Positions 62,392 to 64,000 of a DNA stretch of 64,000 bases are shown here, one piece after another; within the stretch, counting starts at the first letter, position 1, and every line of letters starts with the position of its first letter. Position numbers and translations under genes: made by a program. The notes beneath the pieces were generated by a model that saw nothing but the letters and a program-made list of their open reading frames with translations, was not told where the DNA came from and searched no databases. The DNA comes from Tricharina praecox (taxonomy: Eukaryota). The stretch is taken from NCBI RefSeq assembly GCF_024521635.1, contig NW_026250445.1, forward strand, positions 62,001 through 126,000, given 5' to 3'.

Positions 62392-62928
62392 CTTGAAGTT
62401 TTGTTTTGCTCTCAACTCTGTCCTTTCGCGTTCGTTGTTTTGCCTCCATGGATGGCCGGCCTGATTCGGTGAGTGGATGCGACTCAAATGGACTGACAAC
62501 ACCTGTCCCGACTCCCACGCTGGGAAGGACAGCCGCACCCGGCCTTGGAATACCTATGAAATGTAATGGGCGATGGGATAGTTTTTGATGAGTTGTAGGG
62601 CGGTTTTCATCCTTTGATGTTGGGCGGATTTATCGCGAGTCTCGTTAGACCGGCCCGGCAGCGAAACGTTGGTTGACATTTTGCCAATAGCTTAGCTACG
62701 TTTCCTCACTGAGCGACGCACGAACCGATGATTGCCAGCCGGCAGGCTTCGATAAAGTCTGGCTGAAGTTTTAAAATTTCTCTTGAAAAGAGGGATGTAG
62801 ATGTTATGAAAGCAGATCCCATCAGTTCATCTGACCGCGTCTGGGCAAAAGAGCTGAGAGCGGACTGATTGAAAGTATTCTGTTAGTGCAGTCCAGATGC
62901 CAGAAAGCAAAAGACAAAAAATGAACAC

Positions 62929-63009
62929 CGACGTCGACAGGATTCGAACCTGCGCGGGCGAACCCAAGAGATTTCTAATCTCTCTCCTTAACCACTCGGA
63001 CACAACGCC
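62929..63009 (-). tRNA. tRNA-Ser(AGA), long variable arm
   Basis: GGCGTTG TG TCCGAGTGGTTAAGGA G AGAGA TT AGA AA TCTCT TGGGTTCGCCCG C GCAGG TTCGAAT CCTGT CGACGTC G; TTTTTT downstream. Confidence 0.95.
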
Positions 63010-64000
63010 TTATTATGTAAACAGTGCTGGGTTACAAACATGGAGCGTTCATAACGGCACATGAGAAGAACCAAATTGTGCGGACGCTATGTGCGAGCTG
63101 TCGACATTCCTGTAGTTCGGGATGTATTAAACCCCATCCAACTCTCGCTGACAGGCGAGGATGAGTGGTCGGAGGGGATTAGTGCTTTTAGCGAATGACT
63201 ACGCCGCCTGAGGTCTCGGCCGAACACTCTTGTGAAGGTTCGGTACATCGACTAGGCGCCATATGGGAAGAACAGCGGTTGCCGTGGCCACCGCTAACCC
63301 GTCCATGCTGTGCCCGGGAATCTACCCGTCCAGCAAGTGCAAACCCAGATAGTCGGGAGTCCTGTCTCAGCTGGATGTCAATCCGCCTCAATGAACAATT
63401 GACTTTGTTCATTATTGAGTTCACAACGGTATTGTTTGAGCGCTCGAGCAGTTGCTGAAAAACGAGGGGGCTTCTGTGACCAGCAGCAGGTCGATGGTAG
63501 GAACCTGGGTTTGTCGATGTACGCAATGATCCCAAGTTCCTCTCGGTGGTGAAGGTATCATGAAGGCGAGATCAAAACTTAAGATTCCCGGCTGGGAATT
63601 TTGAGTTTCACGAAGACACGCTTCTAGACTGGTGACGGAGCAGGAGCCGGAGTGGCCCACGGCCGACTTTGATAAGAGTGGGTTGTAGTCAGGGGCGGAT
63701 AACGCGGATCACAGGTCACGACAGAAAGGATCAGTTAAGAAAGTAAGAACGAGTCGAGAGACCCAGCATTAGAAGAAGCACACTTGGAGAAAGCAAAGAA
63801 GAACTAGGCTCAAGAAAGCAAGCAGCAAAGAAATCAAGTGATGAATGAACAGCCGCCTGAAGAATAGTGATGATGGATGATGAACGATAGGTGATGAACG
63901 GCACACGGCCTTGAGATAAGTGCGGCCCCGTCGGATTAAATATAACAGGTCGGCCAACTTTGGCCGCCGCCTCATCGCCGTACAACCGTCAAGAAGAACA

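Overview
Eukaryotic DNA from a filamentous ascomycete: short GT-AG introns with CTAAC/CTGAC branch sites, and long intergenic regions rich in short tandem repeats. I could build frame-consistent spliced models for nine protein genes. These are a DUF3433-type membrane protein, a small HTH/Myb-like protein, two NLR-like STAND proteins, an orphan tetrapeptide-repeat protein between them, an F-box protein, a Ppo/linoleate diol synthase (dioxygenase-P450 fusion), the Na+/H+ antiporter Nha1 and the septation GTPase Spg1/Tem1. There is also one unspliced GPI-type cell-surface protein. The right half holds eight tRNA genes: six intron-containing tRNA-Pro(AGG) with identical exons, one tRNA-Pro(TGG) and one tRNA-Ser(AGA). 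The most interesting feature is the NLR locus at 16-32 kb. Two head-to-head NLRs share the same NB-ARC intron positions and the same 42-aa TPR family but carry different N-terminal effectors (HeLo-like versus SesB-like alpha/beta hydrolase). Both TPR arrays look shuffled and diversifying, and an F-box gene and an oxylipin synthase follow immediately. The second is the proline-tRNA array that brackets ppo and nha1-spg1. All family assignments come from motif recognition by eye; no searches were run.
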